In this document: piece after piece, positions 16,791 to 27,167 of the stretch
Layout: each line of letters opens with the position of its first letter
Numbering within the stretch: position 1 is the first letter of the stretch
Assembly (NCBI GenBank): GCA_041742965.1
Contig: JBGTNQ010000002.1
Span: forward strand, 1 to 50,135
Length of the DNA: 50,135 bases
Source of the DNA: Minisyncoccia bacterium
GTDB taxonomy: Bacteria > Patescibacteriota > Minisyncoccia > Phycocordibacterales > Zambryskibacteraceae
Reading direction: 5' to 3'
Notes under the pieces: model-generated
What the model saw: the letters and a program-made list of their open reading frames with translations, nothing else
The model's database searches: none
Told to the model about the DNA's origin: nothing
Made by a program: the position numbers and the translations under genes

Positions 16791-18137
16791 ATGCTTTCTG
16801 TAAATAAAAAAGAGCCATTTATCCTGGTTTCGGGCGATCTTGTGGCCCTGCTCCTCTCTCTTTGGCTGATGCTTTTAGTCAGGTATTTAAGTCTTCCTAC
16901 AGAAGAGTTTCTCTTTGCTCACCTTGCGCCATTTTCACTACTTTTTGTTGTTTGGATTGCTGTTTTCTTTATCGCTGGTTTGTATGAAAAACACACCCTT
17001 ATTTTAAAGTCCCAGCTTGGCGGGATAATACTCAATGCTCAGATTGCAAACAGCACCATCGCTTTCTTGTTTTTCTATCTAATCCCTTATTTTGGGATTA
17101 CACCAAAAACTAATCTTTTTATCTTTCTTATAATATCCTCGGCCCTTGTCGTGGTCTGGAGATTGTTCTTGTTCCCATTTATATATATTTCCAAAAAACA
17201 AAAAGCAGTGCTCATTGGGTCTGGAATAGAGATGGAAGAGCTTGAGCAGGAAGTAAATAATAACCCTAGGTACAATATATCCTTTATATCCTCAATAGAT
17301 GTGGAATCTATGGACGCCATAGATTTTAAGGAGGAGATTCTTAATCGTGTTTATTCAGAAGAAGTTGGTATGATAGCGGCTGACTTTAAGAATGAGAAGA
17401 TTGAGCCAATACTTCCTAACCTATACAATCTTATTTTTTCGAAGGTCAAATTTATTGATATGTATCGCATATATGAAGATATCTTTGACCGCATTCCTCT
17501 GTCTTTGGTTAAATATAGTTGGTTTTTGGAACACATATCTGGGTCTGCTCAAAAGGGTTATGATGTTTTGAAGCGAGCTATGGATATTCTACTATCCATC
17601 ATTTTAGGTATTCCTTCTCTCATTCTTCTTCCTTTTGTTTATTTAGCAATAAAGATTGAAGATCGTGGGGATATATTTTTTTTTCAAGAAAGAGTAGGAC
17701 AGAACAATAAGTCTTTTAGGGTTATTAAGTTTAGAAGTTTGGCTATGCATGACAGCCCTGATGGTATCGCCAAGGAGCCAAAACCTACTAGAGTAGGAAA
17801 GTTTCTGAGGAGAACAAGGATTGATGAGATACCGCAACTTTACAATGTCTTAAAGGGCGACCTCTCTCTCATTGGGCCACGACCAGAAATTCCAAAGCTG
17901 GTTTCTATTTATGAAAAGGAGATTCCTTATTACAATATTCGCCATCTTATTAAGCCAGGTCTTTCCGGTTGGGCTCAGCTTTATCAAACACTTCCTCCAA
18001 AGTGGAATATGGGAGTTAAAGAAACAAAAACAAAACTCTCTTATGACCTCTACTATATAAAAAATCGCTCTATCATGATTGATTTGAAGATTGCATTAAG
18101 GACCATTAAAACTCTTCTTTCAAGGGAGGGGATATAG
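16791..18137 (+). CDS. Polyprenyl-phosphate sugar phosphotransferase (WbaP/bacterial sugar transferase family)
   Basis: 448 aa. The C-terminal motifs are KRAMDILLS..., FFQERVGQNNKSFRVIKFRSL and DEIPQLYNVLKGDLSLIGPRPE. Confidence 0.85.
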   Translation: MLSVNKKEPFILVSGDLVALLLSLWLMLLVRYLSLPTEEFLFAHLAPFSLLFVVWIAVFFIAGLYEKHTLILKSQLGGIILNAQIANSTIAFLFFYLIPYFGITPKTNLFIFLIISSALVVVWRLFLFPFIYISKKQKAVLIGSGIEMEELEQEVNNNPRYNISFISSIDVESMDAIDFKEEILNRVYSEEVGMIAADFKNEKIEPILPNLYNLIFSKVKFIDMYRIYEDIFDRIPLSLVKYSWFLEHISGSAQKGYDVLKRAMDILLSIILGIPSLILLPFVYLAIKIEDRGDIFFFQERVGQNNKSFRVIKFRSLAMHDSPDGIAKEPKPTRVGKFLRRTRIDEIPQLYNVLKGDLSLIGPRPEIPKLVSIYEKEIPYYNIRHLIKPGLSGWAQLYQTLPPKWNMGVKETKTKLSYDLYYIKNRSIMIDLKIALRTIKTLLSREGI

Positions 18138-18140
18138 GCT

Positions 18141-18172
18141 AGCTTATAAGTTGTTAGCTATCAGCTTATAGG
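18141..18172. repeat. AGCTNNN-type heptad array (AGCTTATA AGTTGTT AGCTATC AGCTTAT AGG) starting 4 nt after the stop codon
   Basis: Read directly. One unit is 8 nt long. Confidence 0.6.
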
Positions 18173-18272
18173 AAATGCTTTTTACCAAGGGGAGGGCTTG
18201 GTAACTTGTCTAGATGATTCGGTTGGACAGGGTTTCAGGGGAGGAATTAAAGGCGGGGTTTATAAATGAAAG

Positions 18273-18302
18273 ACGGGCTGGGGCATTTCTGCTCCAGCCC
18301 GC
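18273..18302 (-). terminator. Terminator hairpin of the lipoprotein gene (possibly bidirectional)
   Basis: cgggctgg...ccagcccg stem with a T-rich tract on the minus strand. Confidence 0.6.
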
Positions 18303-18308
18303 TCCTCC

Positions 18309-18710
18309 TCACCACGACGATGAGCATTGAGTATTTTCGTAGAGGTAGGGCTCTGTCCCACTTACCTCATACGACACACTGGTGACAATTTTTGCACCAG
18401 CCCGGCATGTCATCATCTGCGACAGCCAGCCAGTGGAAAGGTTTTGGAACGCCACCGTTACGCTGACCTCTCGGTCAACTGATGGCTCAGTGCTGTACGA
18501 GCCACCGCTTTGTCTTGGTATTGGTACCAAGACCCTAAAGGAAGCAGTCCCACCGGCTCCGATTATGGTCCCTACGACATTACCGTTTACGACGGTCTGA
18601 ATGTCGTAAGAGCTACTGTTGTAAACCGCAAAGCGAGTTTCCAACTCCACAAACGGATCACAACCGGCAGTGAAGCCCAACAGCATGAGTACGGAAATGA
18701 ACCTGAACAT
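18309..18710 (-). CDS. Small GC-rich lipoprotein (lipobox LGFTAG-C)
   Basis: 133 aa starting MFRFISVLMLLGFTAGCDP. A strong SD precedes it (caggaggtggcatATG). An upstream TTGACT-17-TATTAT promoter lies on the minus strand. The gene is visibly GC-richer than its flanks. Confidence 0.75.
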   Translation of the reverse strand: MFRFISVLMLLGFTAGCDPFVELETRFAVYNSSSYDIQTVVNGNVVGTIIGAGGTASFRVLVPIPRQSGGSYSTEPSVDREVSVTVAFQNLSTGWLSQMMTCRAGAKIVTSVSYEVSGTEPYLYENTQCSSSW

Positions 18711-18838
18711 ATGCCACCTCCTGAAAGGGAAAAGGGCACACCTTCTTTAATAATAGCATATTTGTATGGAAAAGTCAAACATAAAAAACAGCCAATTTTC
18801 TAAATTGCAATTTGGAGATAATTCCATATACTGTCTCT

Positions 18839-20188
18839 ATGAATAAGTACCGAATTGGGTCGATTATACTCATATTAGCCGGAATTGGGCTTTCTTTTTT
18901 TATCTCAAATGCATTGAAAGACGGTGCTAGGTTTCCTTTTAAATTCGGCCTAGACCTTGTCGGGGGCACTGAACTTATCTACAGGGCGGATGTTTCCAAT
19001 ATTGATTCGCAAGATATCAAGCCGGCCATGGAGACTCTTCGTGAGGTTATTGAGCGTCGTATAAATATTTTCGGTGTTTCAGAGCCACTTATACAAATTG
19101 AAGAGGCCGGGATTATTTCAGGCAACACTGACCATCGACTCATCGTGGAGTTACCTGGTGTCAAAGATATCAATGAAGCCATACGCCTCATAGGCCTTAC
19201 TCCACTTCTTGAGTTTCGTTTGGAAAGAGACGGAGTTCGTGAGCTTGCAGGAAATGAAGGCATTACTGCTTCTACAACCATAGACGATCTTTTTGAAGAG
19301 ACAGGTTTAACTGGAAGTTTACTTAGGCGGGCAAGTTTACAATTTGACCCAACAACAGGTGAGCCATTAGTCAGTCTTGAATTTAATGAAGACGGCAAGG
19401 TTTTGTTTCGCGAAATTACCACAGAGAATACAGGAAAAGTTTTGGCGATACTTCTTGATGGAGAGCTCATTCAGACTCCAGTTATAAGAGAGCCAATCAT
19501 AGATGGCAGTGCTCAGATTAGTGGAGGATTCACTCCAGAGCAGGCAAGGGAGGTTGTGCGACAATTAAACTATGGCGCCCTTCCTTTACCGATTGAATTG
19601 GTAAGCACCCAAACAGTTGGGGCAACACTCGGAGAAGTAGCACTGAGCTCAGCTCTTCGGGCCGGAATAATCGGCTTTATTCTCCTCTCTATTTTTATGA
19701 TTTTTTGGTATAGGTTACCAGGAGTTATTTCTGTTCTGGCTCTTTTAATATATGGTATTTTTTCTCTAACTTTGTTCTTGCTTATTCCAGTTACTTTGAC
19801 CGCTGCTGGTTTGGCAGGGTTCATACTTTCTATAGGTATGGCAGTTGATGCAAATGTTCTCATCTTTGAGAGGATGAAAGAAGAGTTATTAAAGGGGAGT
19901 GATGTAATAAAGGCAACAGAAGAAGGTTTCGCTAGGGCGTGGCTTTCTATTAGAGATTCAAATATTTCATCTTTGATTACAGCCGTAGTTCTTTTTTGGC
20001 TCGGGACATCAGCGGTTAAAGGCTTCGCTTTAACACTTGGAGTCGGAGTTTTGGTTTCTATGTTTTCAGCCATAACCGCCTCACGCACATTTCTGTATGC
20101 TGTTCGGCCAAAGAATCAGGGATCAATATTTAGATTTTTGTTTGCAACTGGTTTTTCTAAGAGTAAGCCCGTGAATAATAACAATTAA
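18839..20188 (+). CDS. secD: Protein translocase subunit SecD
   Basis: N-terminal TM helix, periplasmic domain, and C-terminal 6-TM block (ILSIGMAVDANVLIFERMKEE). The ORF track starts at TTG 18812; I prefer the ATG at 18839. Confidence 0.9.
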   Translation: MNKYRIGSIILILAGIGLSFFISNALKDGARFPFKFGLDLVGGTELIYRADVSNIDSQDIKPAMETLREVIERRINIFGVSEPLIQIEEAGIISGNTDHRLIVELPGVKDINEAIRLIGLTPLLEFRLERDGVRELAGNEGITASTTIDDLFEETGLTGSLLRRASLQFDPTTGEPLVSLEFNEDGKVLFREITTENTGKVLAILLDGELIQTPVIREPIIDGSAQISGGFTPEQAREVVRQLNYGALPLPIELVSTQTVGATLGEVALSSALRAGIIGFILLSIFMIFWYRLPGVISVLALLIYGIFSLTLFLLIPVTLTAAGLAGFILSIGMAVDANVLIFERMKEELLKGSDVIKATEEGFARAWLSIRDSNISSLITAVVLFWLGTSAVKGFALTLGVGVLVSMFSAITASRTFLYAVRPKNQGSIFRFLFATGFSKSKPVNNNN

Positions 20189-20198
20189 AATAATCACA

Positions 20199-21137
20199 AT
20201 GTTTATTGTCACTCACAGAAAAATATTTTTTACCATCTCCCTGCTTTTTATTCTGGGATCTTTCGTCGCTTTTCAATTTTTGGGTTTAAAGCTTGGAACC
20301 GATTTCACCGGCGGGACCATACTCGAGGTTTCTTATAATGAAGAGCGCCCTTCTGCCGAGGATGTTAGAAATTCTTTAACCGATCTTTCTCTTGGAAACT
20401 ATTCAGTTCGTCTTTCTGGAGATTCGGGAATGGTTATCAGAACCAGAGAGATAACCCTGGATGAAAAAGAAATTATTTTATCTCGCATATCAAACGGAGA
20501 AACATCTTCTATAACAGAAGAGAGGTTTAATTCTATCGGTCCTGTTGTCGGAGAGTCCTTAAAAAGGAAATCATATTATGCTGTCAGTATAGTTATACTA
20601 GCCATTGTTCTTTTCATTACCTTTGCTTTTCGTAAGGTTTCTGAGACCCGCCTAACGGGTTCTGAAAAGGGGCTTTCCTCTTGGAAATATGGCTTTGCCA
20701 CAGTATTAGCATTAGCACACGATGTGGTGGTCCCTCTTGGGGCTTATGTGGTGTACGGATATTTTACCGGCGCGGAAATAGACCTACTTTTCATCACGGC
20801 CCTCTTGGCAATTCTTGGGTATTCAGTCCACGACACCATTGTAGTGTTCGATAGAGTCAGAGAGCATTTGCGAATCAACAAAGAAAAAACCATCTCAGAA
20901 CCTTTTGAAAAGACTGTTGGTGAGAGCATAACCCAGACAATGGGCAGGTCCATAAACACATCAGTCACACTCCTTATCGTTCTCATTGTTCTTTATGTGG
21001 TAGGTAGTGAGGCCACAAGACATTTTTCTTTTATACTTCTTGTCGGAGTAATCGCTGGAACATATTCTTCAATTTTCTTAGCATCACCGCTTTTGGTCAC
21101 ATTAGAAAAATTACAAAAAAGAAAGAACGCCAGCTAA
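20199..21137 (+). CDS. secF: Protein translocase subunit SecF
   Basis: 312 aa. GLKLGTDFTGGT and LAILGYSVHDTIVVFDRVRE are present. It lies adjacent to secD. Confidence 0.9.
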   Translation: MFIVTHRKIFFTISLLFILGSFVAFQFLGLKLGTDFTGGTILEVSYNEERPSAEDVRNSLTDLSLGNYSVRLSGDSGMVIRTREITLDEKEIILSRISNGETSSITEERFNSIGPVVGESLKRKSYYAVSIVILAIVLFITFAFRKVSETRLTGSEKGLSSWKYGFATVLALAHDVVVPLGAYVVYGYFTGAEIDLLFITALLAILGYSVHDTIVVFDRVREHLRINKEKTISEPFEKTVGESITQTMGRSINTSVTLLIVLIVLYVVGSEATRHFSFILLVGVIAGTYSSIFLASPLLVTLEKLQKRKNAS

Positions 21138-21355
21138 TCTAGCCTGGCGTCCTCAAACTGACCTTGGTATAGAGGTGTATCCGGAACCACCCGAACGTTT
21201 GCGTCCTCCCAGAGGGTATGGCGTCCCCCTTTGCGCTCTGCTACCGAAGGCTCGCAGAACTACGGCGCATGACCAGATTTGGAAGAGGTCGGAGTTTAGG
21301 TCTGAGGAAGAAGGTCCCAGAGCCACGGTTCTTCTCACATATACCAAGGTTTCTG
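21113..21355 (-). ncRNA. Candidate GC-rich structured sRNA of unknown class
   Basis: The minus-strand promoter TTGACA-16-TAATCT corresponds to plus 21389-21362. A 10-bp closing stem pairs 21162-21171 with 21340-21349. On the minus strand, the hairpin at plus 21127-21150 is followed by a T-run (plus 21114-21126). There is no credible ORF. Confidence 0.45.
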
Positions 21356-21406
21356 ATTATGAGATTACCTTTTTATTCTAGCTTGTCAAAGGTCTTTTTA
21401 AAGTCC

Positions 21407-21434
21407 TTGACCTCTATGTCCATATAAGTATAAT
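21407..21434 (+). promoter_or_regulatory. 16S rRNA promoter (TTGACC-16 nt-TATAAT)
   Basis: Hexamers read directly, about 280 nt upstream of the 16S. Confidence 0.6.
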
Positions 21435-21444
21435 GGCTTTCACG

Positions 21445-21506
21445 CCCTCGCACCAAATTTTGGTGCAAGGGCATGCCCCTGTTATAAGGGGCGGGTTCTT
21501 TCACAA
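21445..21506 (+). promoter_or_regulatory. 16S leader hairpins plus boxA-like GTTCTTTCACAA (21495-21506)
   Basis: Two hairpins, gccctcgcacc..ggtgcaagggc and gcccct..aggggc, are followed by the same boxA-like motif as at 7709-7720. Confidence 0.55.
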
Positions 21507-21711
21507 CAAAATAGATTGAGAACCCCCTCCTTTATTGTAGGGAGGGGAATGCAAGTCTCAACAAATTCAAAAAGTAATTTTAAGCCCCGTTCCTAAATAG
21601 CAACAAAGGACGGGGTATGTGAGCGAAGATCAAACTAAGCAGTCGGTACGAAGTAAAGTCTAATATTCTTTATTTTGTTCCGTTCCAAATCCAAATTTCA
21701 AAGACAAGGAT

Positions 21712-23270
<1,559 letters not shown>

Positions 23271-23478
23271 GTGAAAAACCGTCCCGAGATTTTTTCGAGG
23301 GGCTTAGTGTGTCGATATTGTGTGCCTCAATTGAGCACATGATGGATTTGATAGTAATCCTAAAATCTATCTGACATCTGGAAAGACAGATGCAGTTCCA
23401 CTCGCGCTTTGCTTAAGCAATTTTGTAAAGTATTGAGGTGGGGTGAAGGGAACGGGACAAAATAAAGAATAGTAGAAG

Positions 23479-23516
23479 AACACCCGCCGTCCGAAAGGAC
23501 GGCGGGTGTTTCGTTT
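23479..23516 (+). terminator. Rho-independent terminator after the 16S
   Basis: aacacccgccgtcc-gaaa-ggacggcgggtgtt followed by a T-rich tail. Confidence 0.8.
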
Positions 23517-23581
23517 GACATATTTTTTTAATACAGTACTGTATTTTCAGATTTCGTATACCATTCTGTTAGGAGGAGCGT

Positions 23582-23746
23582 ATGAAAGAGTACAACGGTG
23601 TTGGTGCTGGGCAGGGAAGAGATCCGCGGGATGTGAGCTGGGAAGGCTCTATCTCCGGGTCCATCGCAGTTCTCCTTGTCGTGATTGGCGTGATTGTTAT
23701 CGCCAGCTACGCGATGAAGATTGCCAGGGAGAATTTTCCCTTCTAG
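23582..23746 (+). CDS. GC-rich mini-protein, 54 aa, single TM helix
   Basis: SD taggaggagcgtATG. Manual translation: MKEYNGVGAGQGRDPRDVSWEGSISGSIAVLLVVIGVIVIASYAMKIARENFPF. A terminator lies at 23764-23790. Confidence 0.55.
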   Translation: MKEYNGVGAGQGRDPRDVSWEGSISGSIAVLLVVIGVIVIASYAMKIARENFPF

Positions 23747-23889
23747 CCCAGACCGGTCTGTTCAAGGCGGCTCGCAAGAGTCGCCTTTTTCATATCTAAT
23801 TAGAGCCATATTTATCAGGTTGACTTTTAGATTTAAGGGTGATATAATTAAATAAGATGGTATTAATTCACTTGCTTGAAAGGGCAACT

Positions 23890-24021
23890 ATGAAGGAATA
23901 CTTTAGCCCGGATACTGATTGGTCACACGGTCCATGGTGGGCCAAGTTGATCAAGATTCTCTTGCTCCTTTCATTCCCCGCCATGATTTTGTGGCGGGCC
24001 ATTCAACTCTCTAACCTTTAG
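23890..24021 (+). CDS. GC-rich mini-protein, 43 aa, single TM helix
   Basis: Promoter TTGACT-17-TATAAT lies at 23819-23847. Translation: MKEYFSPDTDWSHGPWWAKLIKILLLLSFPAMILWRAIQLSNL. The SD is weak. Confidence 0.45.
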   Translation: MKEYFSPDTDWSHGPWWAKLIKILLLLSFPAMILWRAIQLSNL

Positions 24022-24042
24022 ATTTAGAAAAGGAGGGTTCTT

Positions 24043-24186
24043 ATGAACCCGCATCCGATCGGGATTCCGTATCCCGGTAACCGAGCCCCCAAGTGGGAGT
24101 TCGAGCGGAAGGAGCAGTGGTGGAAGCCACTGCTCTGGTCACTCGTTTTTGTGGGCCTCTTCATTTTGGCCCACATCGAGTTCTAG
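24043..24186 (+). CDS. GC-rich mini-protein, 47 aa, single TM helix
   Basis: SD aaaaggagggttcttATG. Translation: MNPHPIGIPYPGNRAPKWEFERKEQWWKPLLWSLVFVGLFILAHIEF. Confidence 0.5.
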   Translation: MNPHPIGIPYPGNRAPKWEFERKEQWWKPLLWSLVFVGLFILAHIEF

Positions 24187-24227
24187 TTGCAGGATGAGCG
24201 GAGAGGGCAGGCGAAGAACCTGTCCGA

Positions 24228-24262
24228 GGTCGGTACCCATAGCGGGGGTGCCGACCTTTTTT
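24228..24262 (+). terminator. Rho-independent terminator of the mini-protein cassette
   Basis: ggtcggtaccc-atagcgg-gggtgccgacc followed by tttttt. Confidence 0.8.
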
Positions 24263-24329
24263 CTTGTTTAGTTTTAGGTTTGTAGATAGGGTTCTTTTTT
24301 GTTATATTTTCCTTTGCTTTTGTGGTGTT

Positions 24330-24403
24330 GGGCGTATAGCTCAGGTGGTTAGAGCGCGTCACTGATAATGACGAGGTCCCAAGTTCAACTCTTGGTACGC
24401 CCA
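24330..24403 (+). tRNA. tRNA-Ile (anticodon GAT)
   Basis: gggcgta/tacgccc acceptor, gctc/gagc, cgtca-ctGATaa-tgacg, ccaag-ttcaact-cttgg. CCA is not encoded. Confidence 0.9.
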
Positions 24404-24477
24404 CAATAGACGGCATGTCGAGAGTGAATTCTAAGCGGTTTTCTTTTTTAGAGGTTTTTTGCGTATAATGAGCTTAT

Positions 24478-25227
24478 ATGAAAAAAACCTTCTCTATATT
24501 AGAAGCATATAGATGGGCTTGGCAGAGATTCAAAGAACACTTTCAGTTTTTGGCAGTTACTGTGATTGCTTTAGGATTAATTTTTGTATTGCTAGATCAG
24601 CTTTCCGAAGGCCCTTATAGGAAGAATATTTTTGTAATATTAACTCAAATTATATTTGCTGTGGTTCTGGCGGTGGGGGTTATTACTGTTTCTCTAAATA
24701 TTCACAACAATGTAAAGCCTCAAATAAGTGATTTCTTCATTACTGTTGGTGTGTTTTGGAGATATTTGGTTGTGCAGATTTCTGTGAACCTACTTATTCT
24801 TCTTGGTTTTATACCAATAATCATTATTGGGTTACTTGTGTTTTTCTCTGTGTTAATTAGTTCTTTAAACCCATATATTTTTACTCTTGCCATCATTTCT
24901 GCCATTCCGGGTCTATACGTTATTTGTCGTTTACAGTTTCCTCTATTTGTCTTGGTAGATGAAAAGCCAGATCGACCACTTGAGGCCGTGAAAAAAAGCT
25001 GGAATATAACAAGGGGTTTGGAATTAAAAATATTTGGGTTAATATTGTCTATCGGCATTATTAATTTTATCGGCGCTATTCCCATGGGACTGGGTCTTAT
25101 CATCACTGCTCCGGTCTCTGTTTTGGCCCTCGTCTTTGTTTACAAATCTTTAGAAGGAATATCGGCCCAAAGCCCCACCATTAGTGGTGAGGCGGAAAGT
25201 TTGAGTTCGACGATTACATCCGCTTAG
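24478..25227 (+). CDS. Polytopic membrane protein (DUF975-like, tentative)
   Basis: 249 aa with several TM segments. The TATAAT box lies only 8 nt upstream of the ATG, which suggests a leaderless mRNA. Confidence 0.5.
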   Translation: MKKTFSILEAYRWAWQRFKEHFQFLAVTVIALGLIFVLLDQLSEGPYRKNIFVILTQIIFAVVLAVGVITVSLNIHNNVKPQISDFFITVGVFWRYLVVQISVNLLILLGFIPIIIIGLLVFFSVLISSLNPYIFTLAIISAIPGLYVICRLQFPLFVLVDEKPDRPLEAVKKSWNITRGLELKIFGLILSIGIINFIGAIPMGLGLIITAPVSVLALVFVYKSLEGISAQSPTISGEAESLSSTITSA

Positions 25228-25276
25228 AGGTGTTAAAATTAAAAATAGTTTATTAAAAAATATTGTAAATTTCTGT

Positions 25277-25573
25277 ATGTCAAAAAATCGTATCATTCTA
25301 ACAATAGGTGTTATTCTCGTCCTGAATCCATTTCTGGGTTTTCCTTCTAGTTGGGAAACCGTTCTGTATATTCTTTTTGGCTTTATCCTTGTCATTCTTT
25401 CTTTTTTCGTTTCCATCAAAAGACGAATCACCTCTCCTAGAACTTTTGAGCATGAAACAGATTCGACTTCCGAACCCTTTGTAGATGGATATCGCTTTGT
25501 AGAACAAAATTCTATGACTGATGTTGGGGTAGATTCGTCTACAGAAGAGGAATCACTTAAAAATTCTCAATGA
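25277..25573 (+). CDS. Small membrane protein (two TM helices), hypothetical
   Basis: 98-aa ORF whose stop overlaps the next start (ATGA). Confidence 0.5.
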   Translation: MSKNRIILTIGVILVLNPFLGFPSSWETVLYILFGFILVILSFFVSIKRRITSPRTFEHETDSTSEPFVDGYRFVEQNSMTDVGVDSSTEEESLKNSQ

Positions 25574-26757
25574 GTAACAAAAAAGGATTTTCTTTTTCAC
25601 AATTTCTTTCTATTTTCGGAATAGGGGTTTTGTTTATTTTCATCGTGGTTTTCGGTTTACCACCCCTTGCCAGTGTTAACTACGAGGCTAAAGGAGAAGA
25701 GGTTCACATTAACCCTATTCAAGAAGAGGTAGATGGAGAAAAGCCTTTTGTTGCTACGCACATTGATACACCAGATCAAGTCAAGGCACTTTATATGACA
25801 AGTTGGGTTGCGGGTACTCCGTCACTTAGAAATAACATTGTCCGTCTTGTAGATGAAACAGAAATCAATTCCTTAGTCATTGATATAAAAGATGATACTG
25901 GTCGTGTCTCATTTGAAGTTTGGAATCCGAAGCTCAAAGAATATGGTTCAGAAGAGGTTCGTATTAGAGATTTGAGAGAGTTCATTGGAAGACTTCACGA
26001 AAAAAATATATACATCATTGGGCGTATAGCTTCATTTCAGGATCCGTATATGGTAAAGAAGTTTCCAGAGAGGGCAGTAAAAAGAGCGTCTGACGGAGCT
26101 GTTTGGCGTGATAGGAAGGGTCTCACTTGGATTGACCCGGGGGTTAAAGAGCATTGGGAATATCTAATGCTTCTAGCAAAAGAATCATACGAAGCCGGAT
26201 TTGATGAGGTTCAGTTTGACTATATACGCTTTCCTTCAGATGGAAATATGAATGATATTTTTTATCCATCTAGTGAAGGCAAGGTGAAGCACCTTATCAT
26301 CAAGGATTTCTATAAATATCTTTATGAGAATCTTAAAGATACAGGGATGAAAATCTCCGCTGACCTTTTCGGTATGGTGACTACAAACGCAGATGATCTG
26401 GGCATTGGACAGGTGATAGAGGATGCTTTTCCTTACTTTGACTACATTTCCCCGATGGTTTATCCCTCGCACTATCCATCTGGGTTCAATGGCCACAAAA
26501 ATGTTAACGCCGTACCGTATGACATAGTTCATTTTTCTATGGAGAAAGCACAAAACCGTCTAAATGTTTTTCATAATACTGTGGCCTCTACGACCGTAGA
26601 GCTTCGTCCATGGCTTCAGGACAATGATTATCCAGTCCCTTATACTCCAGAAATGGTTCGTGCACAAATACAAGCAACCTATGATGTTGGTATAGATAGT
26701 TGGATGCTTTGGGATGCAGGGAACACTTATACTAGGGGGGCGCTTAAGGAAGAATAA
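25570..26757 (+). CDS. Putative glycoside-hydrolase-like TIM-barrel protein (COG1306/DUF4015-type), membrane-anchored
   Basis: 395 aa with an N-terminal TM helix. VKALYMTSWVAGT...LVIDIKDDTGRVSF...GFDEVQFDYIRFPSDG matches my memory of this family. Confidence 0.55.
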   Translation: MSNKKGFSFSQFLSIFGIGVLFIFIVVFGLPPLASVNYEAKGEEVHINPIQEEVDGEKPFVATHIDTPDQVKALYMTSWVAGTPSLRNNIVRLVDETEINSLVIDIKDDTGRVSFEVWNPKLKEYGSEEVRIRDLREFIGRLHEKNIYIIGRIASFQDPYMVKKFPERAVKRASDGAVWRDRKGLTWIDPGVKEHWEYLMLLAKESYEAGFDEVQFDYIRFPSDGNMNDIFYPSSEGKVKHLIIKDFYKYLYENLKDTGMKISADLFGMVTTNADDLGIGQVIEDAFPYFDYISPMVYPSHYPSGFNGHKNVNAVPYDIVHFSMEKAQNRLNVFHNTVASTTVELRPWLQDNDYPVPYTPEMVRAQIQATYDVGIDSWMLWDAGNTYTRGALKEE

Positions 26758-26843
26758 AGAATAGTTGACTTAACTATCAATAAATTGTACCATCTTTTTG
26801 GATGTTTTTTTGTTGTTCAACTAGTCCTATCCAAGGAGTGCAA

Positions 26844-27140
26844 ATGCCCGGACTGTTAGAGGATCTCAAGGCGCGTTTTAAGCCAGCGTACGAAAATCGT
26901 TGTCAGCAAGTGGAGGAGGAAGGTCGTCGCATCATCGCAAATCTCCCCAAACTGCTTCAGAGGGTAGCGGACCGCGGAGAGTCAAAATGTGTTGTGCACC
27001 ACACCAAGATGGCCGACCGTCACACTGATCCGATTATCCGCATGATTTCTGATTGGGCCGATTCCCAAGGTCTCAAGGTCCGCACCGGCATACTTGAGGA
27101 CGACGACACGTTCCCCGTTATTGTCTACGGGTGGCGTTAG
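26844..27140 (+). CDS. GC-rich hypothetical protein (98 aa)
   Basis: SD ccaaggagtgcaaATG. The ORF track starts upstream at 26802, but the SD-led ATG at 26844 is more plausible. A terminator follows. Confidence 0.55.
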   Translation: MPGLLEDLKARFKPAYENRCQQVEEEGRRIIANLPKLLQRVADRGESKCVVHHTKMADRHTDPIIRMISDWADSQGLKVRTGILEDDDTFPVIVYGWR

Positions 27141-27167
27141 TATTTGGTTAGCGCAATGTTGGGTTTC

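Noticed and set aside
21153-21427. Three overlapping ORFs (21153-21347 minus, 21175-21381 plus, 21218-21427 plus) in the GC-rich block.
   Set aside because: They have no SD or start context and implausible Arg/Pro/Gly-rich sequences, and one runs through the 16S promoter. The region fits a structured RNA better. SRP RNA, RNase P, tmRNA and 6S assignments were each tried by eye, and none could be supported.
23506-23799. A 97-aa ORF from the track.
   Set aside because: It is Trp/Cys/Arg-rich, begins inside the 16S terminator and has no SD. The alternative frame gives an SD-led 54-aa TM protein (23582-23746).
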